Shown: positions 23,243 to 34,629 of the stretch, in pieces
Numbering within the stretch: the first letter of the stretch is position 1
How the letters are laid out: the number at the start of each line of letters is the position of its first letter
DNA from: Podarcis pityusensis
Lineage: Eukaryota
Assembly: GCA_964106645.2 (NCBI GenBank)
Contig: OZ067043.1
Strand: one strand, 5' to 3'
DNA: 64,000 bases
The notes under the pieces: generated by a model
Told to the model about the DNA's origin: nothing
Databases searched by the model: none
Seen by the model: only the letters and a program-made list of their open reading frames with translations
Position numbers and translations under genes: made by a program

Positions 23243-25049
23243 GCATTTTTTAAAATTGGCACTCTCTTGTCTTCTTTCCTGGGTGATGGAAATAAGACTG
23301 AAAAGAACCAAATGCATCTAAAATACAGCTTGCTTGACTTGTCCCTCTAAGAAATCGGCCTGTTGAGAATAAAAGACAAGAACGTTCTCTTGATTTCTGC
23401 CTTGCTAGCGTAATCCACTTTTAACAATTCGATTCTGACAAGCTGATTTCAAAACACGGGAGACCTCTTGACTGTAGCAACTTTGGCTAGCTGTTCTAGA
23501 TAGCAAGTAGTCTTTATAGGTTTATAGCAACCAGTATTCTTGTAAGACCTTTGTGTTATGCCTGTCTCTCTTCATGAGTCTTTCCCCTCCTACCCTATTT
23601 ACTTCATGATTTTTCCAAGGACAACCACACAGCTGCTGCTTCCTACAAGCAATACAAAAGAAGTGACCCAAGACACTGATGCAGTCAGCTTGCTGGCCAT
23701 CCTTCTGCTCTACCCCAAGCCACTCGCTCTCCTGGCATACAGAAGAGCTTTCTCCTTAGCTTGACATCTTTCTCCAGTCCAAGACCCATCCTTGCAGGCT
23801 TGTCTTATGCACTAGGCATGGGAGATCTCCAGCGGTACCAGCACTAGGTGGCTTCAGCAGGCTCATTTACCAGCTCTGCATGGAGTTAACAGCTTTCGCC
23901 TGTGACCGCTTCGGCTAAGTGATGCCAAGTAGATAGATGGGAGACGTGCAAATTGTTCTGTAATCTGCGCTCGGGCAAGAGGCTGTCCTAGGGGACATCT
24001 TCCCAGCGTAAACAAACTTACTGCACAGAGGAGCCACTCAACCAAATCTCCCCTGGAGCTAAAAGCTGTTCAAAACCAATTACTCTTCTCTACCCAGCTG
24101 CTGCTGGAACAGCACTAAGCGTATCTGCTTTGTGAACATGGGCATCAACATTCAGACATTTAATGCGGCCCTAGGGCTGCAAAGCACAGGAGGCCAGCGT
24201 TGCTGGTGCCTTACCAATAGGAGAGGGTTGCCCTCAGATATCCTCTCCTTGTTAACCGTTAGAAACGTGGCTGCAGCAAGACCCCAAGCATCTAGAGCAA
24301 GGATGGGCAGCCAGAGGGCAGCACAGATCCTTCCTTCACTCCCCCAGTGGCCTGGCCAGTCCCCCGAGAGCTGTGCCCACTTTCCCCCACTGCCTAGCTA
24401 TCAAGCTGGGAAAAGATTGCCGTTCCCATGCTGCCAATAGAGGGAAGCCAGGGAAAATATACCGTGGAAAGAAGCCACTATGGGAACAGGCTTGTTAAAG
24501 CACCACAAGTGATTGTTCACAGCTGTTTCTAGTTCTCAGGGGACGCCTCGAATTCAGCAGCATGAAAACCTAAATATTGCTGCAACTTGAAATATGGTCC
24601 AATTTACCAGACCATTTTGGTAACAAGGGAGGAGGGAAGTGGTGGGTGGGGTGGGCACACACAAGTTGTAATAGACTAGAGCCACAATCTTAAGTCACCA
24701 AATGTGGTTGGTGTATTTAAGAAGCCTTTGAACACTTAACAAGGTGCCCTTGATTAAATGGGAAGCAATTGCATTTGATAGTGCAGGAAGAAAGCGCCAT
24801 CTTTTGAAGAGGCACTTCTCTCCTCCCACAGAGGAAGGAATAGGCAAGAGCTTTGAGCCACAAGCCTCCAGTGGAGATCCTTCACCTTGAACAGGCAAAA
24901 ATGCAACATGCAAACCCCTTGCACCTGGAGATGTGACTGAAGAGCCATGTATGCACTATATGTATTCTATACTGGAACATCCAGGGCTCTTTACACATAT
25001 GTTCTGTCACAGCAGTATGTGTATTGAGCATATTACACCGATCCTCACC

Positions 25050-25525
25050 AGACCACTGGCTGCCAATTTATTTCTGGGCCCAATTCAAAGTGCTGGTTTT
25101 GACATATAGCGCCTTACAACAGCTCAGGGTTGCAATACCTCAAGGACTGCCTCTCCCCACATGAACCAACCTGGGACTCTTGTGATCATCATCTGAGGCC
25201 CTTCTTGTTTCCCCTCCACGAAAGGCCCAGAAGGTGGCAGTACAAAAACAGGCATTTTCTGTGGTGGCTCCCCATTTGTGGAATGCTGTCCTCATGGAGG
25301 TTCATCTGGTGTCTTCATTACATATTTTTAGGTGCCAGATCAAAACCTTTCTCTATAGACAGGCCTTTGTCTGATTAGCATTCCATGACCTTTTAAATGT
25401 GTTTGTGAGAGCAGGATTATTGGCCTGCTTTTGTTTTATTATGTATTTTGTGTTCTCGTTGTGTATTTTTCTGTTGTGAACTGCCCTGTGCTCTTTGGAT
25501 GAAGGACGATATACAAATTAATAAC
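25050..25525 (+). mobile_element. Decayed L2 LINE 3' fragment
   Basis: CACTGGCTGCCAATT...CAATTCAAAGTGCTGGTTTTGAC (HWLP..QFKVLVL), GCATTTTCTGTGGTGGCTCCC, AT-rich tail. Confidence 0.7.
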
Positions 25526-27019
25526 TTTTCTGAAAAAAGGTTGCTGGTTACTCAGATATTTATTCTGGGCATTACGTGTAATTTCAAACTTATGCACCTC
25601 ATTTGGGTTTTATATACCAGCAGTATGGGCATTAACCAAGCTCTAGCATGCCTTTAATTTTAGAGCTGTACTATGAATAGCCTTAGAAACCCAGAAAGCC
25701 AAAAATCTAACCTTCAAATGTATAAATACCCAGCTGACAGATTTAGCTATGAACATCTACCTAGAGGGGACAGGGAAAGAGACAAGAATATGGGGTGCTC
25801 AGCTGCAGTAACCTGATGACATACATGATGGCTGCTGCTTATATGGGAAAACAATAGGAAGAGCATCAAATTAACCGAGGATGGGGCAGCAGGGACTCGG
25901 AGCATCTCAATTGGCAACGGCTAACTTGTTCCAGGGGTCCAAGTCTTCTTCAGCCAGTCTAGCTATGTGGGGGTTGAGCAGCCCAGCCTCAATGCCCAAG
26001 GTGACTTCATATCATCACAAAAGATCCCTGGAGCATTTCTCTATTCCAGTGCTGGAGACCGCCCAGGTCAGAGGCAGCATACAAGCCTCAGGCAAGTTGT
26101 GCTGAGCTGGGTGTAAGATGGTTTTCCAAAGACTTGTTCAGAGACACAGCTTAGGCCTAGCTCAAGGTTGGGGAGCCTATGGCCCTCTAGATGTAGCTGG
26201 ACTACAGATCCCAATATACACGGCAATTTGCAACGTTGGCTGGAGCAAATGGGATGTGGGAATTCCTACCCCAATGCAGTTTTCCCCAATGCAGTTTTCC
26301 CCAACTGACAACCAGGAAAGGCAAGTGGACGGCCAGTTTGGGAGTTTATGGCTTTCAGGCACAATGTGTGGTGCTTGGGCTGTGTCACCCTCAAAAGCAA
26401 CGCAGCCCACATTCATCACAGAAGGGCGACGGTCAACCCAACAGCCCCTGTGAGACCAGCAGCAACATGCCAGACGCCACCTCTGAGCCAAATGGGCCAG
26501 AAAGGCTGGATACAGCTCACGGGCCACCAAGACTGGTCCCCCCTGCTGTAAAAGGGTAAGATTCTTGGCTACCAATACTTCCACTGGTGGCCAGATCCTA
26601 CAGAGCAATTACAACCCCGTGCAGTTGGTAGATGCTCTTTCCTCCCTTACTAATCTGCAGCTCAACAGTTTATCTCCCTGCTGTTGATCAGCAACTTGCA
26701 TCCACCAGGACCTCAAAAGGAGCAAGTAGTCACTGCAGCCCTTTACCAGGAGCTCTATCGCAAAAAGGGGGACCCATTTCTCATGGGAGGGATGCTGGTT
26801 TCTAATCACCATGAATGCATGTTGAGTCAAAAGGGGGCAGAGGGCTTACAAATACTTTCAACGCTGCATAAATAAGGCTTCTGTGAATCAAAGCAGTGAG
26901 GGTACAAACCCTATTTGTTCGACAGCGTGCTGTAGCTTCAAGTTCAAACCAGCAGCTGCCTTTGACTCAGAAGTTCTGCCGTGATCACAATCTGTGGAGT
27001 CCCCCTTCCCATCCTCCGT

Positions 27020-27368
27020 TCACTCCATTGCCACTGGCTGCATCCCCTCCACATCCCGGCACTTGGAGTTCACTAGCTCCCTGCGGATCTCTGGAGAGAT
27101 CTGGGGGTGGCTGTGAAACTTGAGCAGCTCTAAGAGGGCTTCTTTCTGCTCTGAGGACAGGTCCTCTTTGTATCGCTGGGCAAAGGTCAGGAGGCACTGG
27201 TGCCAGAGGACGGGCAGGGTGCGTCGGTCCGTCCGGAAGGCGAGGAAGTGAAAGACCAGGGCATCCACCACACGGAAAGGCAAGGCGTACTTCTTGTCAA
27301 TGAGCAGGCGGAGAAAGATGCTATTGGCGCCACTGTACTCCATCTCAGCAATCTTTAGCATAGCAGCC
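27020..27368 (-). CDS. BYSL: BYSL coding exon 7 (terminal)
   Basis: [30 protein letters not shown]...[13 protein letters not shown] then TGA. Confidence 0.96.
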
Positions 27369-30300
27369 CTGTGGGGTGGAGGAGGGGAAGGGGAAGGGGA
27401 AGGGGAAGGGGAAGGAGGAGGAACAAATGAGGCTTTGCTGCAAGTCCACATCAATGGATGACCCTCCATTCATGAAAGCCAAGGGAAGAGAAAAAGTGAC
27501 ATAAGGAAATTGCCACAGTTTAGTTAAGTACTCTCTGGCAGGTTCCTTTGATAGTCACACTGCAGACCCTCAGCCCAGCTACAAGCGTGGCTTCAGAATA
27601 CAATCTGTAATGGGGAAGCCCATGCAGGCTTAGGAAGACTTTCCCCAAGACAGCAAAGGTGTTTTCTGACCCCCCCCCCAGGGGGGAGAAAAAATGCATG
27701 GGAGAAAAGGCAGGAAAGCCTATCCAGTCCTACCATTCCAGAGTGGCTGGGGAAACACAGCCAAATGGGTGGGGTATAAATAATAAAATTATTTATTATT
27801 GTTATCATTAGTGCAATTTCCCTTCCACCTCGAAATTAGCCTAACTCTTCTTACCCAGAGTGAAGGACAGGGATGGAACACTTAGTGAGGATGCTGCCCA
27901 CAATGATGGCTTCTCGAAGTGTGCATGTTCCTGACTCACATATGGGGAGAAGGATCCCTGGGGAGATGATGGGGGAGAGAAAGGAGCATCATATAGTCAT
28001 CTCTTATAAAGACACAGAAAGTGTTTCATCACAGGCTAAAACTATTTTTTAAGGGGGGGGGGGGAATCATTCAGTTCTTTCGCATCTAGAAGGCTGATGC
28101 AAGAATATGCAACACACACACATACCACACTAACAACACCTGCACAGTTCAGTATTATTTATCAATAAAATCAAGTTTAAGAATAATTCACCAAAACCCA
28201 GAAGCAGCTTCCCCTTGAGGCTTTCCTCCTAGCCTGTCTTACTTCTGGGACTGGAGCCTGTCAGAGAGGAAACTGCCAACGTTTTTTTTTGGGGGGGGGG
28301 AGACAGGACTGAGTAGCAGGAATGAGCAATTTTCTTTCTTTCCACTTTGTGTCAGGTTGGTAATGATTTCACTCATAATTCCATTCTGTATTTGGGGTTT
28401 TGTTGTTGAAAAACAAACCCTCACAAAACAAACCCTCACAAAATATGTGATAAATGCATATTTATCAAGTGCATATTTTGATAATTTTCAACTACCGTGA
28501 ATTGTGTTCCAGAGGCAGCAAAGCTTCCAAATGCCAGTGGCTGGAAACCACAAGAGGGGAGAGGGCTCTTGTGTGTTCAGATTCTGCTTGAGGGTTTCTC
28601 TCAGGCCTCTGGGTAGCCACTGTGAGAACAGGATGCTGGACCAGATGGGTCGTCGGCCTGATCCAGCAGGCTCTTGTGTTATAGTGAAATATACGAACCC
28701 CTGGATAAACCTCATTTCCATGTATTTGTCCTCCAAGGTCAACTTTCCACTCACCTTTGAACCAGGCTCCAGGTTTGAACAAGGCCTTCTTCAACGCCAT
28801 GTAAAGATGGAAGTTGAGGCGCTTATATTCAGCAATGTCATCTCTGACTCGCGGGAGAAGCACCAGATTGTAGAACCTCTGGGCCATCCTCTCTTTGAGG
28901 TTAGAGGAAAAGATCCTAGGGAAAGGAACAAAGGCATTTGGGGAGAGAGGGTGGAAATGGAGAAAAAGAGAAGCAACCTGAGTTAGGATAGTTGGGGAAC
29001 TGGTCAACTTCCCTCCTTGTGCTTGCACTATGCAATACATGTATTACTGCAGCATNNNNNNNNNNNNNNNNNNNNNNNNNNNNNNNNNNNNNNNNNNNNN
29101 NNNNNNNNNNNNNNNNNNNNNNNNNNNNNNNNNNNNNNNNNNNNNNNNNNNNNNNNNNNNNNNNNNNNNNNNNNNNNNNNNNNNNNNNNNNNNNNNNNNN
29201 NNNNNNNNNNNNNNNNNNNNNNNNNNNNNNNNNNNNNNNNNNNNNNNNNNNNNNNCATACCTTTTTGCTAGTTTCTTAACAGTTCGTTCAAACAAGGGTC
29301 ATTCAAACGCTGATAGATAGATAGAAAGGTCATTTTTTAATCAGACACTGCATATTATCTTTGTTCCTGCTTGGATACGCTTTGTCAAATAACAGGTTTC
29401 TTTTTATAAGAGGAGCCTCATGCACTGCAATACTGGGCAGGAGTAGTTGAGTAGATGAGAGGAGGGGTGCTAGTGGTGAGATCAAAGCAACCTGACTGCT
29501 CACACACTGGGGAGAGGGGCAGGGGGCAGAATTTGATCTTGTGCCCAGGATTTGATGGGGGGAGGGTTCCACTTCTGAAAAGCAGCAAACTTAAGCACAG
29601 GGTGATGCGTATGTGCATGCATTAAGAAGTGCAGTGTAGTGCTATGATCCCAAATGAAAGAAAAGGAGCTATTGGAAATATAAACACAAACTGCTCTGTA
29701 ATCAATCCACACATTTACTTTTCCCACGTGTAGGACAGTGATATTGGAAACAAGTATCAGTAATATTGAAACAAGGACTTTCATTTCTGTATGTCATTGA
29801 ACATAAGGACTCATCTGCTGCATAGTGCTGTATTTTGGCTATTCGATCTACTGCAGGATGAGCAGAGCAAAATGAAAGAATCAAAGGAATTGTGGCAGCT
29901 CATGGGATGGGGCAGGATGAAACCTTCAAGACAACACATTATTCCCTGCAGTGTCACAGATGGAGTCCTACCTTGTTGCCTGGTACATGGCAGCTGCTGT
30001 CCACGTTTCAGGCTCTGTGATATACAGGATCTGCTCCCAGTTGGACAAGGCTGGGATGATCTTGAATGCTTTAGGCAGTTTCCCACTCCTATATTTTGAC
30101 AGCACCTGAAAAAGAAATGGGGGGGGGGGGGAGAGAGAGAGAGAGAGAGAGATGAATTTAACACGGACAAGCAGATAAGGCTACTTTATTCCAGGGTTTA
30201 TACCCATTGTTTAAGAGATCTTCAGTGAATGTATTTTAAGAAGCATTCAGATAGGATATTCTTAATTTTCCACATACTAGCAAAATCTGTACCAGTCTAT

Positions 30301-33300
30301 CAGCATGGAAACAAATTCTAGTTAATATTCATATGTATAATGCATCATCTTAACCTATAGTGCCAGTATGGAAACACAGCCATTAGCTGTTCCCCACCCA
30401 CACCAATCATGCTATGGGTGGTGAATCAGAGCAAGCAAAGAGTTGCCCAAAACTAAGATTTCTAAACGCTGCAGCAGCTGGACTAAGTCCAACCTGATGT
30501 GTGCAGAAGCACACACACCTATTTGCACAGAAGTAGCATTACTCTTACTTCTCTGACACCCTTGTAGACTTCCAGGACACGGGGATTAAGCTGTGGCATG
30601 GGCCGACCAGATATTTCGGACATCACAGTTTCCACCTCTGTCTGCTTCTCAGTGATCTTCTCCATGATAATGTCTGCCAAGGTGCGCCTAATGGGTATCC
30701 AGAGGAAACAATATGGATCAGGGAACTTAGAAAGCTCATTGGCAAATCAAAGCAACAGAGGCAACAATAAGATTGATTCCCAGCCTAGAATTTAACAGGA
30801 GAGATGAAGTTTCCACATGTGATATCCCTTGCTCACGTGGCTACCCACCTTTGCTAAGTGAACTGTCTGCCATACTGGTACTGTTCAGTGAAAAAGGCTG
30901 CTGTGCAATACAAACAAGCCTGAAGGTGGCAACAGGCATCTGCTGAGGACAAGATCTTGGGGTTCTAGCTCAATGAAGATATTGACAACAAGAACGGGCA
31001 GCTCTCAAAAGTTTTAAAGGTTAAATTAAAATTTCAATTCACAAAAATAACGTGATGCCAAAAGAGAGGTGTCAGCCCAAATCTATTTTGCATGAAGAAA
31101 TTCTAACATGGGTAAGTCATATGAGGGCCATAGGTTCCTGCTCTGCATTCCAATCTTGGAGAAAGGAAACTTGGTCATTACTGGGCATGCCAAACAGAAT
31201 GGGCTGAAAATTGTGCTTCCTGCTACCCGTGCAGTATCAAAGACGGCATGCCTAAAATAATAACTAAAGCACCATCTGCTGGTTAAAACAAAAATAAGAA
31301 CAGAATTGAAAAGTATACTTGGGTGCTAGCTTGCTTTACTTATTGCTGAGAATGAAAATATGCCAGTTCCATAAGCAAAGCAGTGCCAGAATTCTTAGAT
31401 GAGATATTCTGTTAAGGGTCTGTTCACACATAAAAGTATCACTGTAATACTAAATGGCTTCTACTCAATTGTTCCCTTCTCCGCATACATTAGCAAAAAT
31501 GTGCAGATAGTCCGATATAGAAAAACACAAGGTACCTGGGGGCCTAAAAAATTCAAATATTTTTTCTGTACAGCCAGCTTGACAACAAGTTTTAATTCCC
31601 CTACATAAGACTGCAGTTGTTGCTGGGATGTCAGTGGCCTCAGAAAGCAGCACCAAGATCTGCTGTGTGTGCAGAGACTACAGGTTATGGGGAACACTAT
31701 CAGAGGTGGGCAACCTTTGCCCCTCCAGATGTTGCTGAACTACAACTCCCATCATCCCTGGCCATTGGCCATGCTTTCTGGGGCTGATGGAAACTACAGT
31801 ACAGCAACTTCTGGAGAGTCAAGGTTTTGCCAATCGTGGACTATCTGCATGTACCACAGGCACATACAGCACCACAAATGATCATAAGGAAGGAAAACAA
31901 CCACTGTGAAACTCTATCATATTCTTTTTCTTCACTCAGAACCCACTCAAGTATAACCAATACAAAATAGGCACTTGCACCCAGGGCTCATTGAAGTGAT
32001 AAAACTCAGAGTGGGGGTGGAGGTAAAACCATATAGCAAAGATAACTTAGTCACCTAGAAGCCTAACAATTTCAAATAGTTTTACAGTCCTGTACACAGT
32101 TCAACGAGCCTTAATTCCCTTCCAGAAAGGAAATGGCTCACAATTAATTTTACACTGGATAACTGTCACAGAAGAAGTAGGACATTACACATTCTTAAAA
32201 ACTGCATAAATGAGAATGGACAAGGGGGTAAGGGAAAGAGTATACACACATCTTCCCTACCAGATGGCTGTCAAGCAACATAGCCTAATTCAAGCTCAAT
32301 TCACTCAGAGACAAAAACATTAACAGCTTTACTCCACATATGCTCACTCAGGCACTTTTACAAGTCCCACACAATGTCCATTCTGTGCTTGTAGGTACTT
32401 CCGTACTGAAAGTTTGGTTCCTTACACTATGGAACTCCCTGCCCATTGACATTAAGCAAGTACCTTCTTTGTATAGTGTTTTAGCACCTGCTAAAAACAT
32501 TTATGTTTAGGGAAGCCTACCCAGACATGTAAAGTTGACATGTATAGTGTGTGTGTATAAAACTGCTGATTTGATTTATATTTTTGTTTGTCAACTTGCT
32601 TTTCATGTCTAAGTTTTTACCACTAAGCAATCTATAAATACTGCAACATAAAAAATAAAGTCTAAGCAACTGTCAGGATTTGAGCACTCCAGTGTTTACC
32701 TCAGTGGTGGATTCTTGTTCATGAACATCTCAATGGCTTTTTCATCCTCTGGATTCACAGTTACCTCATCACAGTACTCTCCCTTCCCCATCGCTGCAGC
32801 TTGCTCCAGTGTTGGCCACTCATCATCATCTGTATCTGAATCTCTGTCCTTTGAGGAAGGTCCTGGAAAGAGTAGAACAAATACAGGTTTGGATATTTCA
32901 TCAGAATAAACAAATCCTGGCTCAGTGGTAGAGCGTCTGCCCTGGTTTGATATTTGGCATCACTAGCTAAGGCTAGTGCCAGTTGCTGTCAAAAATACTG
33001 GGTAAGGTGGAACAATGGTCTGACTTAGTATAGTGCAGCTTCCTATGCAGCTACTTCTTTCAGGTCTCGGAAACTTAACAAAAAAAAGTTATAACTATAA
33101 CACATGGAACCTGCAACAAAGCACTGAAGTGTGAAATGCTCCTTCTTCAAATATCTAAAGGGCTGTCACATGGAAGATGGAGCAAGTTCGTTTTCTCCTG
33201 CTCTGGAGGGTAAACCTCATGGACCCCCTTGGAAAATGGTAGACTCTTTCACGAGAGGTTTTAAAGCAGAGGCTGGGTGGCCATCTGTCAGGTATGCTTT

Positions 33301-34629
33301 AGTTGAAATTCCTGCAATGCAGGAGGTTGAACTAGATGACCCTCAGGGTCCCTTCCAACTCTATTCCAAAAATTCTGTTTCCCATTATCTCATCACATTT
33401 TTCTGTTCCTCCCCCAACCAAGTGGGTTAGCATTCTCTGGCCACTAAGCACTGCCTATCGGGTTGGTCCACAGGCCTCCCAGAGCTTTATAAGCTACAAC
33501 TCCCACCAGCCCCATCTATGATAAATTATTATTATTAATAATAATAATAATAATTTATTTATATCCCACCCATCTGGCTAGGTTTCCCCAGCCACTCTGG
33601 GCAGCTTCAAATAAAATATTAAAAATACAATAAAACACCAGACATTAAAAACTTCCCTAAACAGGGCTGCCTTCAGATGTCTTCTAAAAGTCAGATACAG
33701 TGGACGCTCGGGTTGCAAACGTGATCCATGCGGAATGCACATTTGCAACCCGCAGCAGTGCATCTGCCCACGCACAGGTTGTGATTCGGTGCTTCTGCGC
33801 ATGCGCAAAGCGCGATTTTGCGCTTCTGTGCATGTGTGACGGCCGAAACCCAGAAGTAACCCGTTCCTGTACTTCCGGGTCTCGGCGGTCCGTAACCCAA
33901 AAAACCGCAACCTGAAGTGTCTGTAACCCGAGGTATGACTGTTGTTGTTTATTTCCTTGACATCTGGTGGGAGGGAGTTCCACAGGGCGGGCGCCACTAC
34001 GGAGAAGACCCTTTGCCTGGTTCCCTGCAACCTCGCTTCTCGCAGTGAGGGAACCAGCAGAGGACCCTCGGAGCTGGACCTCAGTGTCCCGGTTGAACGA
34101 TGGGGGTGAAGACGCTCCTTCAGGGATAGCATTAGCAAGAGCAGATGTTGCAGCCCAGCCCCACCTGGAGGGAACCAAGCGGGGAGGAGGAGGCTGGCGC
34201 TCAGAGTGGGGTCCTTCCCAGCCCCACCTGAAGGTGCAGGGGGTTGGAGTCAAGCAAAGCAAGTGACCCCCACCCCACCGTATGCTGCGGCCCAGCCTCC
34301 TCGTGGAGAAGAAGAGACCCCGGCGAGCCCACGGGAAGCTCACCCAGGACGGTGGTCTTCGCCTTCTCGGGCTCGCCTCCGCCCGCGGCGCCGTGCTCGG
34401 CCTCCAGCTCCTCTTGCTGGATCCGAGCCTGTTCCAGGATCCTCCGGGAGAGCCTCTCGTCCACGTACTCGTCCTCGCCGCCGCCGCCGCCATGCTCCCC
34501 CGCTTTGCCCCGGCGCTTCACCCTCGTCACGGGCTTCACGGAGTCGCCCTGGAGGATCTGCTCGGCCAGCGGAACGGACGCCGCCTTCGCCGCCCCGCCG
34601 GAACCCCTCGAGCGCTTCACTTTCGGCAT
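27020..34629 (-). CDS. BYSL: Bystin (40S biogenesis factor, Enp1 homolog), whole coding span; exons 34629-34344, 32862-32700, 30687-30549, 30105-29972, 28915-28755, 27957-27855, 27368-27020 (444 aa)
   Basis: Bystin motifs: [83 protein letters not shown]. All introns GT-AG; exons sum to 1335 nt in frame. Confidence 0.96.
27855..27957 (-). CDS. BYSL: BYSL coding exon 6
   Basis: [33 protein letters not shown]; donor gtaaga; 103 nt. Confidence 0.95.
28505..28680 (+). mobile_element. CR1-type 3' terminal fragment
   Basis: GCCACTGTGAGAACAGGATGCTGGACCAGATGGG...GCCTGATCCAGCAGGCTCTT, typical of squamate CR1 3' ends. Confidence 0.6.
28755..28915 (-). CDS. BYSL: BYSL coding exon 5
   Basis: [26 protein letters not shown]...[10 protein letters not shown]; donor gtgagt; 161 nt. 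Confidence 0.96.
29056..29255. other. Assembly gap (200 N) in BYSL intron 4
   Basis: Run of exactly 200 N. Confidence 0.99.
29972..30105 (-). CDS. BYSL: BYSL coding exon 4
   Basis: [44 protein letters not shown]; donor gtagga; 134 nt. Confidence 0.95.
30549..30687 (-). CDS. BYSL: BYSL coding exon 3
   Basis: [24 protein letters not shown]...[12 protein letters not shown]; donor gtaaga; 139 nt. Confidence 0.95.
31701..31838. mobile_element. Palindromic hAT-derived MITE; related copies at about 8020-8137, 18140-18260, 26155-26270 and 43820-43905
   Basis: Shared core CCTCCAGATGTT...ACTACAACTCCCATCATCCC with its inverted complement (...AAC(A/T)TCTGGAG) in several copies. Confidence 0.65.
32700..32862 (-). 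CDS. BYSL: BYSL coding exon 2
   Basis: ttccag acceptor; [22 protein letters not shown]...[14 protein letters not shown]; donor gtaaac; 163 nt. Confidence 0.94.
32915..33050 (+). mobile_element. Degenerate tRNA-derived SINE with CR1-like 3' end
   Basis: A-box-like TGGCTCAGTGGTAGAGC head; tail GGTCTGACTTAGTATAGTGCAGCTTCCTATG. Confidence 0.5.
33138..33365 (+). mobile_element. CR1 LINE 3' fragment (related piece at about 50860-50990)
   Basis: CTTCAAATATCTAAAGGGCTGTCACATGGAAGATGGAGCAAG...GAACTAGATGACCCTCAGGGTCCCTTCCAACTC. Confidence 0.7.
33527..34127 (-). mobile_element. L2 LINE 3' end with (TTA)n tail, interrupted by a MITE; short tails of the same family at about 8330-8420, 36775-36820, 48683-48799 and 51225-51340
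   Basis: Minus strand reads [47 protein letters not shown], then after the [20 protein letters not shown] (L2 ORF2 C-terminus); recurring CCCATCTGGCT(G/A)GGTTTCCCCAGCCACTCTGGG tail. Confidence 0.8.
33698..33941. mobile_element. Tc1/mariner (Tigger/pogo-like) MITE nested in the L2
   Basis: TA|CAGTGGACGCTCGGGTT ... AACCCGAGGTATGACTG|TT; the L2 sequence resumes after the right end. Confidence 0.8.
34344..34629 (-). CDS. BYSL: BYSL coding exon 1
   Basis: gcaccATG start; [10 protein letters not shown]...KTTVLG; donor gtgagc. Confidence 0.95.

Noticed and set aside
23300-27000. A definite BYSL poly(A) site or an extra gene between CCND3 and BYSL
   Set aside because: The minus-strand AATAAA candidates I found lie in or beside the L2 fragment, and no ORF has recognisable homology
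28992-29320. ORFs full of X residues
   Set aside because: Artefacts of the 200-N gap
33684-34493. 269-aa minus-strand ORF, the longest in the track
   Set aside because: Runs through an alternative frame of BYSL exon 1, intron, L2 and MITE sequence; a chimera with no coherent homology
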